From IMG/VR virus record IMGVR_UViG_3300020388_000010: DNA of 64,000 bases; one strand, given 5' to 3'. The DNA is from a virus. Taxonomy: Duplodnaviria > Caudoviricetes. Below the pieces are notes generated by a model. That model did not search any database. It saw only the letters and a program-made list of their open reading frames with translations, and had not been told where the DNA came from. Within the stretch, counting starts at the first letter, position 1. The number at the start of each line of letters is the position of its first letter. A program made the translations under genes and the position numbers. Positions 1 to 9,848 of the stretch are shown one piece after another.

Positions 1-2
1 TT

Positions 3-200
3 CACGCAGATGCACCAGTAACTGCACTTACATTAAATGGTAATGGTAATTATAATATTGGTAGTCAACAACTACCACCAATTACAAATAATGGTGGAAC
101 TGGTGTAGATGGTGATATTGATATGGAAAACGATGCAGCTTGTGTTGGTTTTGTTATTTTAAAGTTAAGAAAAGTTTCTGGTTATAATAACCTATCATAA
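3..200 (+). CDS. 3' end of hypothetical protein upstream of gp21 (partial)
   Basis: Open frame from the window edge (HADAPVTALTLNGNG...GFVILKLRKVSGYNNLS) to TAA at 198-200. Confidence 0.6.
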   Translation, partial: HADAPVTALTLNGNGNYNIGSQQLPPITNNGGTGVDGDIDMENDAACVGFVILKLRKVSGYNNLS

Positions 201-210
201 GGAAAGATGA

Positions 211-858
211 ATGAAATTAATATCTGAAGCACTTGAAAATGTAAAATTTCTTACTGAAGAAGACGATAAAGGTAGCAAAAATTACAAAATTCAAGGTGTA
301 TTTATGCAAGGTAACATAAAGAACCGTAATGGTAGAGTATATCCAACAGATGTTTTGGAAAATGAAGTAAAAAGATACTCTGAAAAATTCATTGAAAAAA
401 ATCGTGCATATGGTGAACTTGGACACCCAGAAGGCCCAACGGTAAATCTGGATAGAGTTTCACATATGGTAACTTCTTTACAAAGAGATGGAGATGATTT
501 TATAGGTGAAGCAAAAATTATGAACACACCAATGGGTAAGATTGTAAAAAATATCATAGATGAAGGTGGCACACTTGGTGTTTCTTCTAGAGGTATGGGT
601 AGTCTTGAACAAAAAAACGGTGCAAATTATGTGAAAAAAGATTTTATGTTGGCAGCTGCTGCTGATATAGTTGCAGACCCCTCTGCACCTAAAGCTTTCG
701 TAAACGGAATTATGGAAGGTAAGGAATGGGTTTGGAATAATGGACTTCTAAAAGAAGTTGAAATAAGTGACATAGTTGAAACTATAGAGAGTTCTGTGCG
801 TAAAAAACTTCCAAATGTGGAAGCTCTTGCGTTTGCAAAATTTCTTAAAAAGTTATAA
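211..858 (+). CDS. gp21: Prohead core protease
   Basis: KNRNGRVYP, GELGHP and LGVSSRGMGS motifs; position before scaffold and major capsid genes. Confidence 0.97.
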   Translation: MKLISEALENVKFLTEEDDKGSKNYKIQGVFMQGNIKNRNGRVYPTDVLENEVKRYSEKFIEKNRAYGELGHPEGPTVNLDRVSHMVTSLQRDGDDFIGEAKIMNTPMGKIVKNIIDEGGTLGVSSRGMGSLEQKNGANYVKKDFMLAAAADIVADPSAPKAFVNGIMEGKEWVWNNGLLKEVEISDIVETIESSVRKKLPNVEALAFAKFLKKL

Positions 859-861
859 AAC

Positions 862-869
862 TATAAATA
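862..869 (+). promoter_or_regulatory. T4-type late promoter TATAAATA
   Basis: Exact gp55 consensus upstream of gp22. Confidence 0.8.
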
Positions 870-900
870 ATAATGATAATTAAAACAAGGAGAACCTTCA

Positions 901-2148
901 ATGTCAGAACTAGATAAGACTATTGAGGAGTTGGAAAAAGAAGTCGTAGCGGAACTAGATGAAGCCAACGGCAAAAAACCTAATTCTACTGGTGGTAAGG
1001 CAGACCCTATGCCAAAAATGAAAGATGGTGAAAAACCAGAAGATGTAGGTGGCCCAACGCCCGAAAAAGATGCGAATATGGTTGGAAAACCAGACGCCGC
1101 AAAAAAAGTTAAAAAGGACACTTCTGCACCCACTAAAGGTGCTGTTCCTCCAGAAAAGGCAGATACTATTAAAGAAGCCGAACACGAGGACGATGAAGAA
1201 CCTAAAATGAAAAAAGATGATGAAGAAGAAGATGATGATGACGATATGGACGAACAAATATCTAAATTATCTAAACTTTCTAAAACTGAACTCGTTAATC
1301 AATATACCAAAGGTATGACTAAATCTGCACTTGCAAAAGGTATCGTAGAGTACGGTAATGGTATGAAAAATGCTATGAAAATGCACGGTAAAGATGACGA
1401 AAAGAAAAAGAAAATGCCTGAAAGTGTTGATGTCAGAAAAGATGTTGATGCACTTTTAGAAGGTGAAGATTTTTCTGATGAGTTTAAAACTAAAGCTGAA
1501 ACAATATTTGAAGCTGCAGTATCATCTAGAATTTCTGAAGTTAAAGAAACTTTAGAAGAACAAAAAACTCAAGCTATTGAAGAAGCAAAAGAAGATATGG
1601 TTGACAAAATTGACTCATATCTAACTTATGTTACTGAAGAGTGGAAGAAAGAAAACCAACTTGCTATTGAAAGAGGTCTAAAGGGAGAAATCGCTGAAGA
1701 CTTTATTACTGGTCTTAAATCTTTATTTGAAGACCACTATATTGATGTTCCAAACGAAAAATATGACATTCTTGAAGCACAGACTAAAGAAATTGAGGAA
1801 CTAAAAGCAAAGGTAAACGATTTAATGGAACAAGATAAATCAGCTAAGAATAAAGTTGGTGAACTTGTTCGTGAATCATTAATTTCTGAAGTATCAAAAG
1901 ATTTAGCAGAAACAGAAAAAGAAAAATTTAATTCTTTGACTGCTGATGTTGAATTTTCTGATGAAGAATCTTTTAAAGAAAAACTATCTACTTTGAAAGA
2001 ATCATACTTCCCTTCAGAGAAAAAAGTTGAAGAAGTATTATCTGAAGACGCTGAAAGTCCTAAGACTATTGAAGCAAACTCAGATATAATGGCGGCATAT
2101 ACGGCTGCAATTAACAAAACCCATAAAAGGGCAGTAAATAAATCGTAA
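901..2148 (+). CDS. gp22: Prohead core scaffolding protein
   Basis: Acidic coiled-coil protein with FKTKAETIFEAAV and YLTYVTEEW motifs; lies between gp21 and gp23. Confidence 0.93.
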   Translation: MSELDKTIEELEKEVVAELDEANGKKPNSTGGKADPMPKMKDGEKPEDVGGPTPEKDANMVGKPDAAKKVKKDTSAPTKGAVPPEKADTIKEAEHEDDEEPKMKKDDEEEDDDDDMDEQISKLSKLSKTELVNQYTKGMTKSALAKGIVEYGNGMKNAMKMHGKDDEKKKKMPESVDVRKDVDALLEGEDFSDEFKTKAETIFEAAVSSRISEVKETLEEQKTQAIEEAKEDMVDKIDSYLTYVTEEWKKENQLAIERGLKGEIAEDFITGLKSLFEDHYIDVPNEKYDILEAQTKEIEELKAKVNDLMEQDKSAKNKVGELVRESLISEVSKDLAETEKEKFNSLTADVEFSDEESFKEKLSTLKESYFPSEKKVEEVLSEDAESPKTIEANSDIMAAYTAAINKTHKRAVNKS

Positions 2149-2183
2149 TGATAAATATAGTAAATATATAAGGAGAAACTAAG

Positions 2184-3524
2184 ATGTTTCAAACAACACA
2201 TTTACAAGAGAAGTGGCAGCCCGTTCTAGACCATCCAGATTTACCAAAAATCAATGATAGTTATAGAAGAGCCGTCACTACTGTTATTTTAGAAAATCAA
2301 GAAAAGGCACTTAGAGAAGATGCTTCTTTCTTGTCAGAATCAGTTCCTACTAACGCAACTGCAGTTGGTGCTAATCCAATGGCAAATTGGGATCCGATCC
2401 TAATTTCATTAGTAAGAAGAGCTATGCCTAATTTGATTGCATATGACATTTGTGGTGTGCAACCAATGACTGGCCCAACTGGTTTAATCTTTGCTATGCG
2501 TTCAAGATTTGATGACCAGTCTGGTGCAGAAGCACTAGTTGATGAAGCAGATGGCGAACATTCTGCTGATAACTCATCATCTTCACTGACAGCTGCACAA
2601 CAAGGTACTAACCCAAGTGTACTTAATGACTCTCCAGAAGGCGCTTATACTTTCGCACAAGGTATGACTGCTGCACAAGCAGAAGCATTAGGTGATAGTT
2701 CTCAAAACCACTTTGCACAAATGGCTTTCTCTATTGAGAAATCAACTGTTACTGCAAAGTCTAGAGCACTTAAAGCTGAGTACACAATGGAACTTGCACA
2801 AGACTTAAAAGCAATTCACGGTCTTGATGCAGAAACAGAACTTGCAAACATCCTTTCTGCTGAAATTCTTGCAGAAATCAATAGGGAAGTAGTAAGAAGA
2901 ATTTACAGAACTGCCGTAGAAGGTGCTGCTGTAAATACAACTACTGCTGGTACTTTTGACTTAGATACAGACTCTAACGGTAGATGGTCTGTTGAAAAAT
3001 TCAAAGGACTAATGTTCCAGATTGAAAGAGATGCAAATGCAATCGGTCAAAAAACTCGTAGAGGGAAAGGTAACATCTTACTAGTAAGTGCTGATGTTGC
3101 TTCTGCTTTACAAATGGCTGGAATTCTAGATTACCAATCTGCATTAAACAACAACCTACAAGTTGATGACACTCAAAACACTTTTGCTGGTGTATTGAAT
3201 GGTCGTTACAGAGTATATGTTGACCCATACGCTGCAAATGTAGCTGCAAGTCAATATTATGTTGTTGGATATAAAGGTACTTCACCTTATGATGCTGGTA
3301 CTTTCTATTGCCCATATGTTCCACTACAAATGGTGAGAGCAGTTGGTGAGCAAACTTTCCAACCTAAAATCGGTTTCAAAACTAGATACGGTATGATTGA
3401 TAACCCATTCGCAGTTGACGCTGGTGCGTTAGCTGATAACAACGATGCTGGTTCTTCAAATACTGCATTTACTAAAGAAACTAACCAATATTACAGAAGA
3501 GTTAAAGTTTCTAACTTAATGTAA
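2184..3524 (+). CDS. gp23: Major capsid protein
   Basis: GVQPMTGPTGLIFAMR, KSRALKAEYTMELAQDLKAIHGLDAE and FQPKIGFKTRYG motifs. Confidence 0.99.
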   Translation: MFQTTHLQEKWQPVLDHPDLPKINDSYRRAVTTVILENQEKALREDASFLSESVPTNATAVGANPMANWDPILISLVRRAMPNLIAYDICGVQPMTGPTGLIFAMRSRFDDQSGAEALVDEADGEHSADNSSSSLTAAQQGTNPSVLNDSPEGAYTFAQGMTAAQAEALGDSSQNHFAQMAFSIEKSTVTAKSRALKAEYTMELAQDLKAIHGLDAETELANILSAEILAEINREVVRRIYRTAVEGAAVNTTTAGTFDLDTDSNGRWSVEKFKGLMFQIERDANAIGQKTRRGKGNILLVSADVASALQMAGILDYQSALNNNLQVDDTQNTFAGVLNGRYRVYVDPYAANVAASQYYVVGYKGTSPYDAGTFYCPYVPLQMVRAVGEQTFQPKIGFKTRYGMIDNPFAVDAGALADNNDAGSSNTAFTKETNQYYRRVKVSNLM

Positions 3525-3546
3525 TAACTACAATCTACCACACCAC

Positions 3547-3577
3547 AAAAAAGGGGAGTTCGCTCCCCTTTTTTTTT
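3547..3577 (+). terminator. Intrinsic terminator after gp23
   Basis: AAAAAAGGGGAG-TTCG-CTCCCCTTTTTTTTT hairpin with UUCG loop and U tract. Confidence 0.93.
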
Positions 3578-3580
3578 GAT

Positions 3581-3588
3581 TATAAATA
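3581..3588 (+). promoter_or_regulatory. Late promoter TATAAATA
   Basis: Exact consensus just upstream of the gp3 ATG at 3594. Confidence 0.8.
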
Positions 3589-3593
3589 ATAGT

Positions 3594-4184
3594 ATGACAG
3601 ATTTAAACGCACTCACACGACAACCAGAAGAGATAGACTATTCTGCACCGAGTCAGTATAGATTCTCTATTATACAATTACCTAAAGTACAATTCTTTAC
3701 TACTGCGTGTAATGTACCAGGCGTTAATATGGGTGATGCAATATTTCCTACACCTTTTAAAGATATTCCAGTTTTACCAGATAAGGTAACATTTGAAAAT
3801 CTTGAAATAACTTTTTTAGTAGATGAAAAATTACAGAATTATCAAGAACTTTTTAACTGGATTATGGCGATTGGATTCCCAGAAGATAGAGCTCAGTTCA
3901 AAAGTTTTAGACAAGAAAATGTAGACCAATTTCCTACATCTCAATCAAAGATAAATGCACCATCAGATTCACCTAAACCTAGAACACCAGACGGTGCAAT
4001 GTATTCAGATGCAACATTAACAATACTATCTAATAAGAATAACCCAATATTAAATGTTAACTTTTCAAATGTATATCCAGTAACACTTTCTGCATTACAG
4101 TATACAAATGACCAAGCAGATACTCAATATATGAGTGCGACTGCAACCTTTCAATATCAATTATTTAAATTTGAATCGTTGTAA
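3594..4184 (+). CDS. gp3: Tail tube terminator / tail completion protein
   Basis: Tail-tube-like motifs (VQFFTTACNVPG, LEITFLVDE, SDATLTIL); position after gp23 as in marine T4-like phages. Confidence 0.85.
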   Translation: MTDLNALTRQPEEIDYSAPSQYRFSIIQLPKVQFFTTACNVPGVNMGDAIFPTPFKDIPVLPDKVTFENLEITFLVDEKLQNYQELFNWIMAIGFPEDRAQFKSFRQENVDQFPTSQSKINAPSDSPKPRTPDGAMYSDATLTILSNKNNPILNVNFSNVYPVTLSALQYTNDQADTQYMSATATFQYQLFKFESL

Positions 4185-4187
4185 TAC

Positions 4188-4216
4188 TTGACAATCTTTT
4201 AATTATGGTATATAAT
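4188..4216 (+). promoter_or_regulatory. Sigma70-type promoter of uvsY
   Basis: TTGACA-17nt-TATAAT; identical 29-mer at 51082-51110. Confidence 0.85.
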
Positions 4217-4221
4217 ATAGT

Positions 4222-4632
4222 ATGGATTTAACAAAAATACAAGAAATGTTTGACAAAGACTCAAAGATTGATGAAACTAATATCAATCTAGAAGAGACTA
4301 GAAGTCCAGCATTATTAAATAAATATTTAAAACTCTACACTAATTTTAGACTTATGTTAAGTAAGGCTGAAACTGATATGAAAATATTAAAAAAACAAAA
4401 ATGGGAATACTATTCTGGTAAAGCAGAGAAACCATTTGAGTTAAAAATTCTTAGACAAGATATTCCAACATACTTAGAATCAGATGAAGATATGGTTAGA
4501 CTACAATCTAAACTAGATTATCTTAAAGTTGTTTCTAGTTACTTGGAACACATAGTAAAAAACTTACACAGTAGAGGGTTTCAATTAAGAAACATAACAA
4601 CTTGGATTAAATATACGGAGGGTGCATTATGA
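4222..4632 (+). CDS. uvsY: Recombination mediator UvsY
   Basis: KWEYYSGKA and RGFQLRNITTW motifs; synteny with gp3 and uvsW. Confidence 0.9.
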   Translation: MDLTKIQEMFDKDSKIDETNINLEETRSPALLNKYLKLYTNFRLMLSKAETDMKILKKQKWEYYSGKAEKPFELKILRQDIPTYLESDEDMVRLQSKLDYLKVVSSYLEHIVKNLHSRGFQLRNITTWIKYTEGAL

Positions 4633-5492
4633 GTATATGTGAAAATAACTACTATTATTTCATAGGTGCATTAAATGACCAACAATGTAATGCAATTATA
4701 GAAAGAGGGTTATCTGATATGACTCTCACAGAACAAAAGAATGGAAAGCAAGCAACTGATGCTACTACTTTTGATTTTAGACAAAAGGGTGGTGAAACAT
4801 CTAACGCTGGTAATATTGCACAAAATCATTTGACTGCACAAGGTAGAAGACAAAAAGGTATTAAAGAAGAAGATGTTTATGTTAGAGATACTAAAGTTGG
4901 GTGGTTAGCAGATAAATGGATATATGATTTAATACACCCATTTATACGAGAAGCAAATCAAAAAGCAAACTGGAATTTTGAGTGGGATTTTTCTGAAACT
5001 TGTCAGTTTACAGTTTACAATCCAGGCCAGTTTTATTCTTGGCATACTGATGGTGGTTCAAGACCATACATACCATTTGACCCAACAGTAGAAGAACAAA
5101 GAAGAAAAGATAATGATGGAAATTATATAGTTGCAAAAGATGATACTGGTAAAGAAGTAAAGTTTGATAAAACATATAGGGGTGGTAAATTTGAAGGATT
5201 GCCAAGATATATTCCAGCGCCTGGTTTTGTAGATAATCCAAATCAATTCTGGAAGACAAGAAAATTATCCGTAACGGTAAATTTAACCAATCCAAAAAAT
5301 TACAAAGGTGGTAATCTTAAATTTGATTTAGGGCCTCATATGGGTAGTAAAAGATATCACACTTGTACGGAAATAAGACCAAGAGGTTCTATCATAGTAT
5401 TTCCATCATTCATACACCACTTGGTCACTCCAGTTACTGAGGGAACTAGATACTCTTTAGTAGTATGGAATTTAGGAAAGATGTTTAAATGA
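4629..5492 (+). CDS. 2OG-Fe(II) oxygenase (prolyl-hydroxylase/PKHD-like) with insertion
   Basis: FYSWHTD...RKLSVTV...VFPSFIHHLVTPVTEGTRYSLVVW. Confidence 0.9.
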   Translation: MSICENNYYYFIGALNDQQCNAIIERGLSDMTLTEQKNGKQATDATTFDFRQKGGETSNAGNIAQNHLTAQGRRQKGIKEEDVYVRDTKVGWLADKWIYDLIHPFIREANQKANWNFEWDFSETCQFTVYNPGQFYSWHTDGGSRPYIPFDPTVEEQRRKDNDGNYIVAKDDTGKEVKFDKTYRGGKFEGLPRYIPAPGFVDNPNQFWKTRKLSVTVNLTNPKNYKGGNLKFDLGPHMGSKRYHTCTEIRPRGSIIVFPSFIHHLVTPVTEGTRYSLVVWNLGKMFK

Positions 5493-6223
5493 TTGATACT
5501 GTAAAATTTTTTAAAGAAAAAAAGTATGTTCTTATAAAAGAAATGATACCTAAAGATATTGCAAAAGTAGGGGCACAATATTCACATTACGATAAAGCAA
5601 GACTATTTCAACCAGAAGCAGAAAGTGCTCAGATTCCAGGCAGTCATAGTGTTTATGGTGACCCACTTATGGAAACACTTTTGAATTTTGGTAGAAAGAA
5701 AATAGAACAATCTACTGGTTTAGAATTGTGGCCTACTTATTCTTATTATAGATTGTACAAAGTAGGTGATGTATTAAAAAGACATAAAGACAGACCATCT
5801 TGTGAAGTATCTATTACTTGTTGTTTAGGATATGATTACAAAGGTAAAGAAGATTATAACTGGGGTATGTTTGTTGGCCCAGAAGATGGTGAAAGAGGTA
5901 CAAAGGGTAAGATGATTCCTATGGAGCCTGGTGATGGAGTAATCTATCGTGGGTGTGAAGTGGAACATTGGAGAGAAGCATTTGATGCACCAGAGGGTGC
6001 CTGGCAAACACAAGTATTTTTACATTATGTAAACAAAAATGGGCCATTTGCTGATTTTTGTAAATTTGATTCTAGACCATCACTTGGTCTTTCACACTCA
6101 ACGAAAGATAAGGAAAAGATTGCGGCTGCTACAAAGGCAGATGCAGAACTTTTATCTAAAAAAGATGCTTTTCCAAAATTGAACAAAGAAGAAGTACCTT
6201 ATGAAAATAGAGAAAAAAAATGA
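5489..6223 (+). CDS. 2OG-Fe(II) oxygenase
   Basis: PTYSYYRLY, LKRHKDRPSCEVS, EHWRE and QVFLHY motifs. Confidence 0.85.
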   Translation: MIDTVKFFKEKKYVLIKEMIPKDIAKVGAQYSHYDKARLFQPEAESAQIPGSHSVYGDPLMETLLNFGRKKIEQSTGLELWPTYSYYRLYKVGDVLKRHKDRPSCEVSITCCLGYDYKGKEDYNWGMFVGPEDGERGTKGKMIPMEPGDGVIYRGCEVEHWREAFDAPEGAWQTQVFLHYVNKNGPFADFCKFDSRPSLGLSHSTKDKEKIAAATKADAELLSKKDAFPKLNKEEVPYENREKK

Positions 6224-7640
6224 AGTATACATACGAATTGAAACCGAACCACATATTGCAAGAGAACTCTCAGAGTATTTTACCTTTGAAGTGCCTGGTG
6301 CAAAATTTATGCCCAGTTATAGAAATAAAATATGGGATGGAAAAATACGATTATTCTCAGTTGCTACTGGACAAATCTATTTGGGATTATTACCATACAT
6401 CAGAGAGTTCTGCAAACGCAATGACATTAGATACGAATTAGATTTTAATACAAAACCAGAAGATATTGATGAATCAACTATTATTTCATTTATTAAACAC
6501 CTTAAAATACCATACAAAGCTCGTGATTATCAAATTTCTAGTATTCTTTATGGTGCCAGAAAATGTCGTGGTCTTTTTGTTTGTCCTACTGCATCTGGTA
6601 AATCGTTAATCATTTACGGTCTTACAAGATGGTGTCATTTAAAAAATCTTAAAACATTGATACTTGTACCTACAACAAGTTTAGTAGAACAGATGTCTAG
6701 TGATTTTATAGATTATGGTTGGTTAGAATCATATATTCAAAAAGTATATTCTGGTCATAGTAAAAAAATAGAAAAAGATGTTGTGATATCTACTTGGCAA
6801 TCTTTACATAAGTTTCCTAAAAAATATTTTGAACAATTTGGTTGTGTAATAGGTGATGAGGCTCATTTATTTAAAGCAAAATCACTTACATCTATAATGA
6901 CTAAATTACATTTATGTAAATATCGTTTTGGACTTACTGGTACACTAGATGATTTACAAACTCATAAATTAGTTTTAGAAGGATTGTTTGGTACAACAAA
7001 TAAAGTTATAACTACAAAGGAATTGATAGAAAAGAAAACATTATCTAATCTTAAAATAAACAGTTTAATTTTAGGATATACTGAAAATGATTGTAAGATT
7101 GTAAAAGATTTAAAATATGCAGATGAAATAGATTATATTGTCAACGATAAAAGAAGATTGCATTTTGTAAATAAATTAGTTAATCCACTAAAAGGAAATA
7201 CATTAGTGTTATATCAATTTGTAGAGAAACACGGAAAGCCTTTATATGAATTAATGAAGAATACCTACAAAGATAGAAAGGTATTTTTTGTAAGTGGTGG
7301 TGTTGATGCATTAACTAGAGAAGAAATTAGAGCTATGACTGAAAAATCTAAAGATGCAATTATTGTTGCATCATATGGAACTTTCTCTACTGGTATTAAT
7401 ATTAAAAATTTACATAACATAATATTTTCATCACCATCTAAAAGTAAAATTAGAGTTTTACAATCCATAGGTAGAGGTTTAAGATTAGGTGATAACAAAA
7501 CTGAATGTAAATTATTTGATATTGCAGATGATTTTACATATAAAAATAGACAAAACTTCACACTTCGTCATTTTATGGAACGAATAAATATATACAACGA
7601 AGAACAATTTGATTATACAATACATAGGATTAACTTATGA
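6201..7640 (+). CDS. uvsW: SF2 DNA helicase UvsW
   Basis: PTASGKS Walker A, DEAH, QSIGRGLR. Confidence 0.96.
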   Translation: MKIEKKNEVYIRIETEPHIARELSEYFTFEVPGAKFMPSYRNKIWDGKIRLFSVATGQIYLGLLPYIREFCKRNDIRYELDFNTKPEDIDESTIISFIKHLKIPYKARDYQISSILYGARKCRGLFVCPTASGKSLIIYGLTRWCHLKNLKTLILVPTTSLVEQMSSDFIDYGWLESYIQKVYSGHSKKIEKDVVISTWQSLHKFPKKYFEQFGCVIGDEAHLFKAKSLTSIMTKLHLCKYRFGLTGTLDDLQTHKLVLEGLFGTTNKVITTKELIEKKTLSNLKINSLILGYTENDCKIVKDLKYADEIDYIVNDKRRLHFVNKLVNPLKGNTLVLYQFVEKHGKPLYELMKNTYKDRKVFFVSGGVDALTREEIRAMTEKSKDAIIVASYGTFSTGINIKNLHNIIFSSPSKSKIRVLQSIGRGLRLGDNKTECKLFDIADDFTYKNRQNFTLRHFMERINIYNEEQFDYTIHRINL

Positions 7641-7888
7641 TTACTAAACCAGAGTATATAAAATTTAAAGAGATGTATGATTATAGAAGAAAGATTGAAT
7701 ACAATAAAGAAAAGATTAAAAAAAGAATAGACAAGATGTACGAAGAATTTGAATTTAACATTGTAGAAACAAAAGAAGAGGTTTTTGACCACTTTTGGGG
7801 AAATGTAAATTTAGATAGAACTAATTTAGATGAGCCTCCAGTTGAATGGAAACCTCAAAACAGAAAGTTAAGGTTGTGGAATGAGTAG
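7637..7888 (+). CDS. Hypothetical protein
   Basis: ORF translationally coupled to both neighbours. Confidence 0.6.
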   Translation: MITKPEYIKFKEMYDYRRKIEYNKEKIKKRIDKMYEEFEFNIVETKEEVFDHFWGNVNLDRTNLDEPPVEWKPQNRKLRLWNE

Positions 7889-8324
7889 TTACCGAATAAT
7901 GAAATTATCTAATGGTGATGAAATCATTTGTAAGTTGCACAATGCTGAAAATGGATACTTTAAAATAGGATATCCTATGAAGATGTGTACGGTAAATACT
8001 ATGGGAAAAGATGGTAAATACGAAGAAAATCTTGCACTTCGTAAGTGGGCTACATTTACTAAAGATAAAGTATTTGCAATAGAAAAAAACCAAGTCGTTC
8101 TACATTATGAAGTAAATATTGGATTATGTAAATATTATGAATATATTTTAAAAAGATATAATGATGCTGAACGATATAAAAATAAAGACGGTGATGAATT
8201 AAAAGTAAATGAAGATAATATTGAAGTCAAAGAACAGATAACTACATTAGAAGAATCCGATATGGAAGAATTAATTGATGAATATCAAAATGTACCTTAT
8301 GATTATGATGAAACTAAACACTAA
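7881..8324 (+). CDS. Conserved T4-like hypothetical protein (Sm-like fold possible)
   Basis: IMKLSNGDEIICK N-terminus, typical of the gene preceding gp55 in marine T4-like phages. Confidence 0.6.
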   Translation: MSSYRIMKLSNGDEIICKLHNAENGYFKIGYPMKMCTVNTMGKDGKYEENLALRKWATFTKDKVFAIEKNQVVLHYEVNIGLCKYYEYILKRYNDAERYKNKDGDELKVNEDNIEVKEQITTLEESDMEELIDEYQNVPYDYDETKH

Positions 8325-8344
8325 TTTCAATCAATACAAGAATA

Positions 8345-8372
8345 AGTATAACACCGAAAAATATTTTGTCAA
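8345..8372 (-). promoter_or_regulatory. Antisense sigma70-type promoter
   Basis: Minus strand reads TTGACA-16nt(ending TGT)-TATACT. Confidence 0.5.
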
Positions 8373-8396
8373 TAGGTAATTTATTTTTTTATATGG

Positions 8397-8424
8397 TTGA
8401 CAATAAAATAAAATATGGTAAAGT
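8397..8424 (+). promoter_or_regulatory. Sigma70-type promoter of gp55
   Basis: TTGACA followed by extended -10 TGGTAAAGT. Confidence 0.6.
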
Positions 8425-8445
8425 AATGAATACAAGGAAATAATA

Positions 8446-8991
8446 TTGGCTGCAAAAAAACAACATTATGTTAATAACAAACAATTCTTAGAAGCAATCA
8501 CAGAGTGGAAAGAAACGGTAAAAGATGCAGAATCTTTAGGGGAAGAAAGACCACCAGTAACAGATTATATTGGTGAGTGTTTTTTAAAGATTGCACAACA
8601 TTTATCATTCAGACCTAACTTTATTAATTATTCATATAAAGAAGAAATGATAGGTGATGGTATTGAAAACTGTTTACAGTATGTAAATAACTTTGACCCA
8701 GAGAAGTCAAAGAATCCCTTTTCATATTTTACACAAATAATATATTATGCATTTATTCGTAGAATACAAAAAGAAAAAAAACAAACACATACTAAACATA
8801 AAATAATAGAAAAAAGTATGATGGCTACTTTTGACCAAAATCCACTTGATGATACAAATTATGGTAATCAGTATATGGATTATTTACAAAAGAATATGTT
8901 ACCAGCTGATGGTCAAGAGGTTTATAAAACAAGTAGTTCAAAGAAAAAAGAAACTAAAAAGAGTTTAGAAAACTTTTATGAGGAAAAATAA
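8446..8991 (+). CDS. gp55: Late transcription sigma factor
   Basis: HYVNNKQF, RPNFINYSYKEEMIGDGIENC and NPFSYFTQIIYYAFIRRI motifs; TTG start after AAGGA. Confidence 0.97.
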   Translation: MAAKKQHYVNNKQFLEAITEWKETVKDAESLGEERPPVTDYIGECFLKIAQHLSFRPNFINYSYKEEMIGDGIENCLQYVNNFDPEKSKNPFSYFTQIIYYAFIRRIQKEKKQTHTKHKIIEKSMMATFDQNPLDDTNYGNQYMDYLQKNMLPADGQEVYKTSSSKKKETKKSLENFYEEK

Positions 8992-9209
8992 TGTATAAAG
9001 TTTATGGCACAACAATATGTCTATATTGCGATAAGGCTGAAAACTTATTGAAAACAAAAGATTTACCCTTTGAAAAAATATATATTGACCAAGATGAAGA
9101 TGCAAAAGATTATATAATAGAACAAGGGTTCAGAACAGTTCCACAGATTTGGTTAGATGACAAATGGATAGGTGGATATGATGATTTAGTAAAGTTCTTA
9201 AATAAATAA
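8991..9209 (+). CDS. nrdC: Glutaredoxin
   Basis: CLYC redox motif, TVPQI, IGGYDDL. Confidence 0.9.
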   Translation: MYKVYGTTICLYCDKAENLLKTKDLPFEKIYIDQDEDAKDYIIEQGFRTVPQIWLDDKWIGGYDDLVKFLNK

Positions 9210-9228
9210 GAAAGTTAAAGGAGATAAA

Positions 9229-9414
9229 ATGTTTAGTTTTATAACAAATTTATTTAAACCAAAACCAAAAAAGATTTCAAAGTCAAGACTTATGACTATG
9301 ACTAAGAGAGAGTTAGAGAATGTAGGTCGTAAACACGGTATTGAATTAGATAGAAGATATCTAAAAGATGACCTTGTTGAACAACTTTGGAAACATATAA
9401 ATGGAAAGAAATAA
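9229..9414 (+). CDS. Small protein with Rho-N/HeH-like motif
   Basis: MTKRELENVGRKHGIELDRRYLKDDLV; strong AAGGAG RBS. Confidence 0.55.
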   Translation: MFSFITNLFKPKPKKISKSRLMTMTKRELENVGRKHGIELDRRYLKDDLVEQLWKHINGKK

Positions 9415-9845
9415 TGTATGAATATAAATGTGAAATTGTCAAGATTGTGGACGGCGACACTATTGATGTCAATATTGATTTGGGTTTCGGTACTTGGATT
9501 CATAATGAACGAATACGCCTCTATGGAATTGACACACCAGAATCAAGAACAAGAGACTTGGAAGAAAAGAAAGCTGGTCTGTACGCAAAAAAGTGTGTGG
9601 AAGGATTTATGCCAGTGGGTTCAAGTCAAGTCTTAATGACAAAGAAAGATAAGTCTGGTAAGTTTGGTAGGGTCTTAGGTGACTTTATAATCTATGATGG
9701 ACAAGAAGATAGAAATATGGGTATCGTTGAGTATATGATAAAACACAATATAGGTGTTGAATATAATGGACAATCCAAACAACAGATTCAAGAACATCAC
9801 TTACAAAATAGACAATATTTAAAATCACAAGGCGTAATAGATTAG
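9414..9845 (+). CDS. Thermonuclease (staphylococcal nuclease) family protein
   Basis: IVDGDTIDV, RIRLYGIDTPE and GKFGRVLG motifs. Confidence 0.9.
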   Translation: MYEYKCEIVKIVDGDTIDVNIDLGFGTWIHNERIRLYGIDTPESRTRDLEEKKAGLYAKKCVEGFMPVGSSQVLMTKKDKSGKFGRVLGDFIIYDGQEDRNMGIVEYMIKHNIGVEYNGQSKQQIQEHHLQNRQYLKSQGVID

Positions 9846-9848
9846 ATT

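Noticed and set aside
1186-1250. GAT/GAA triplet run in gp22
   Set aside because: Simply encodes an acidic low-complexity scaffold segment.
3524-3594. Absence of gp24 after gp23
   Set aside because: Normal gene order for marine T4-like phages; not novel.
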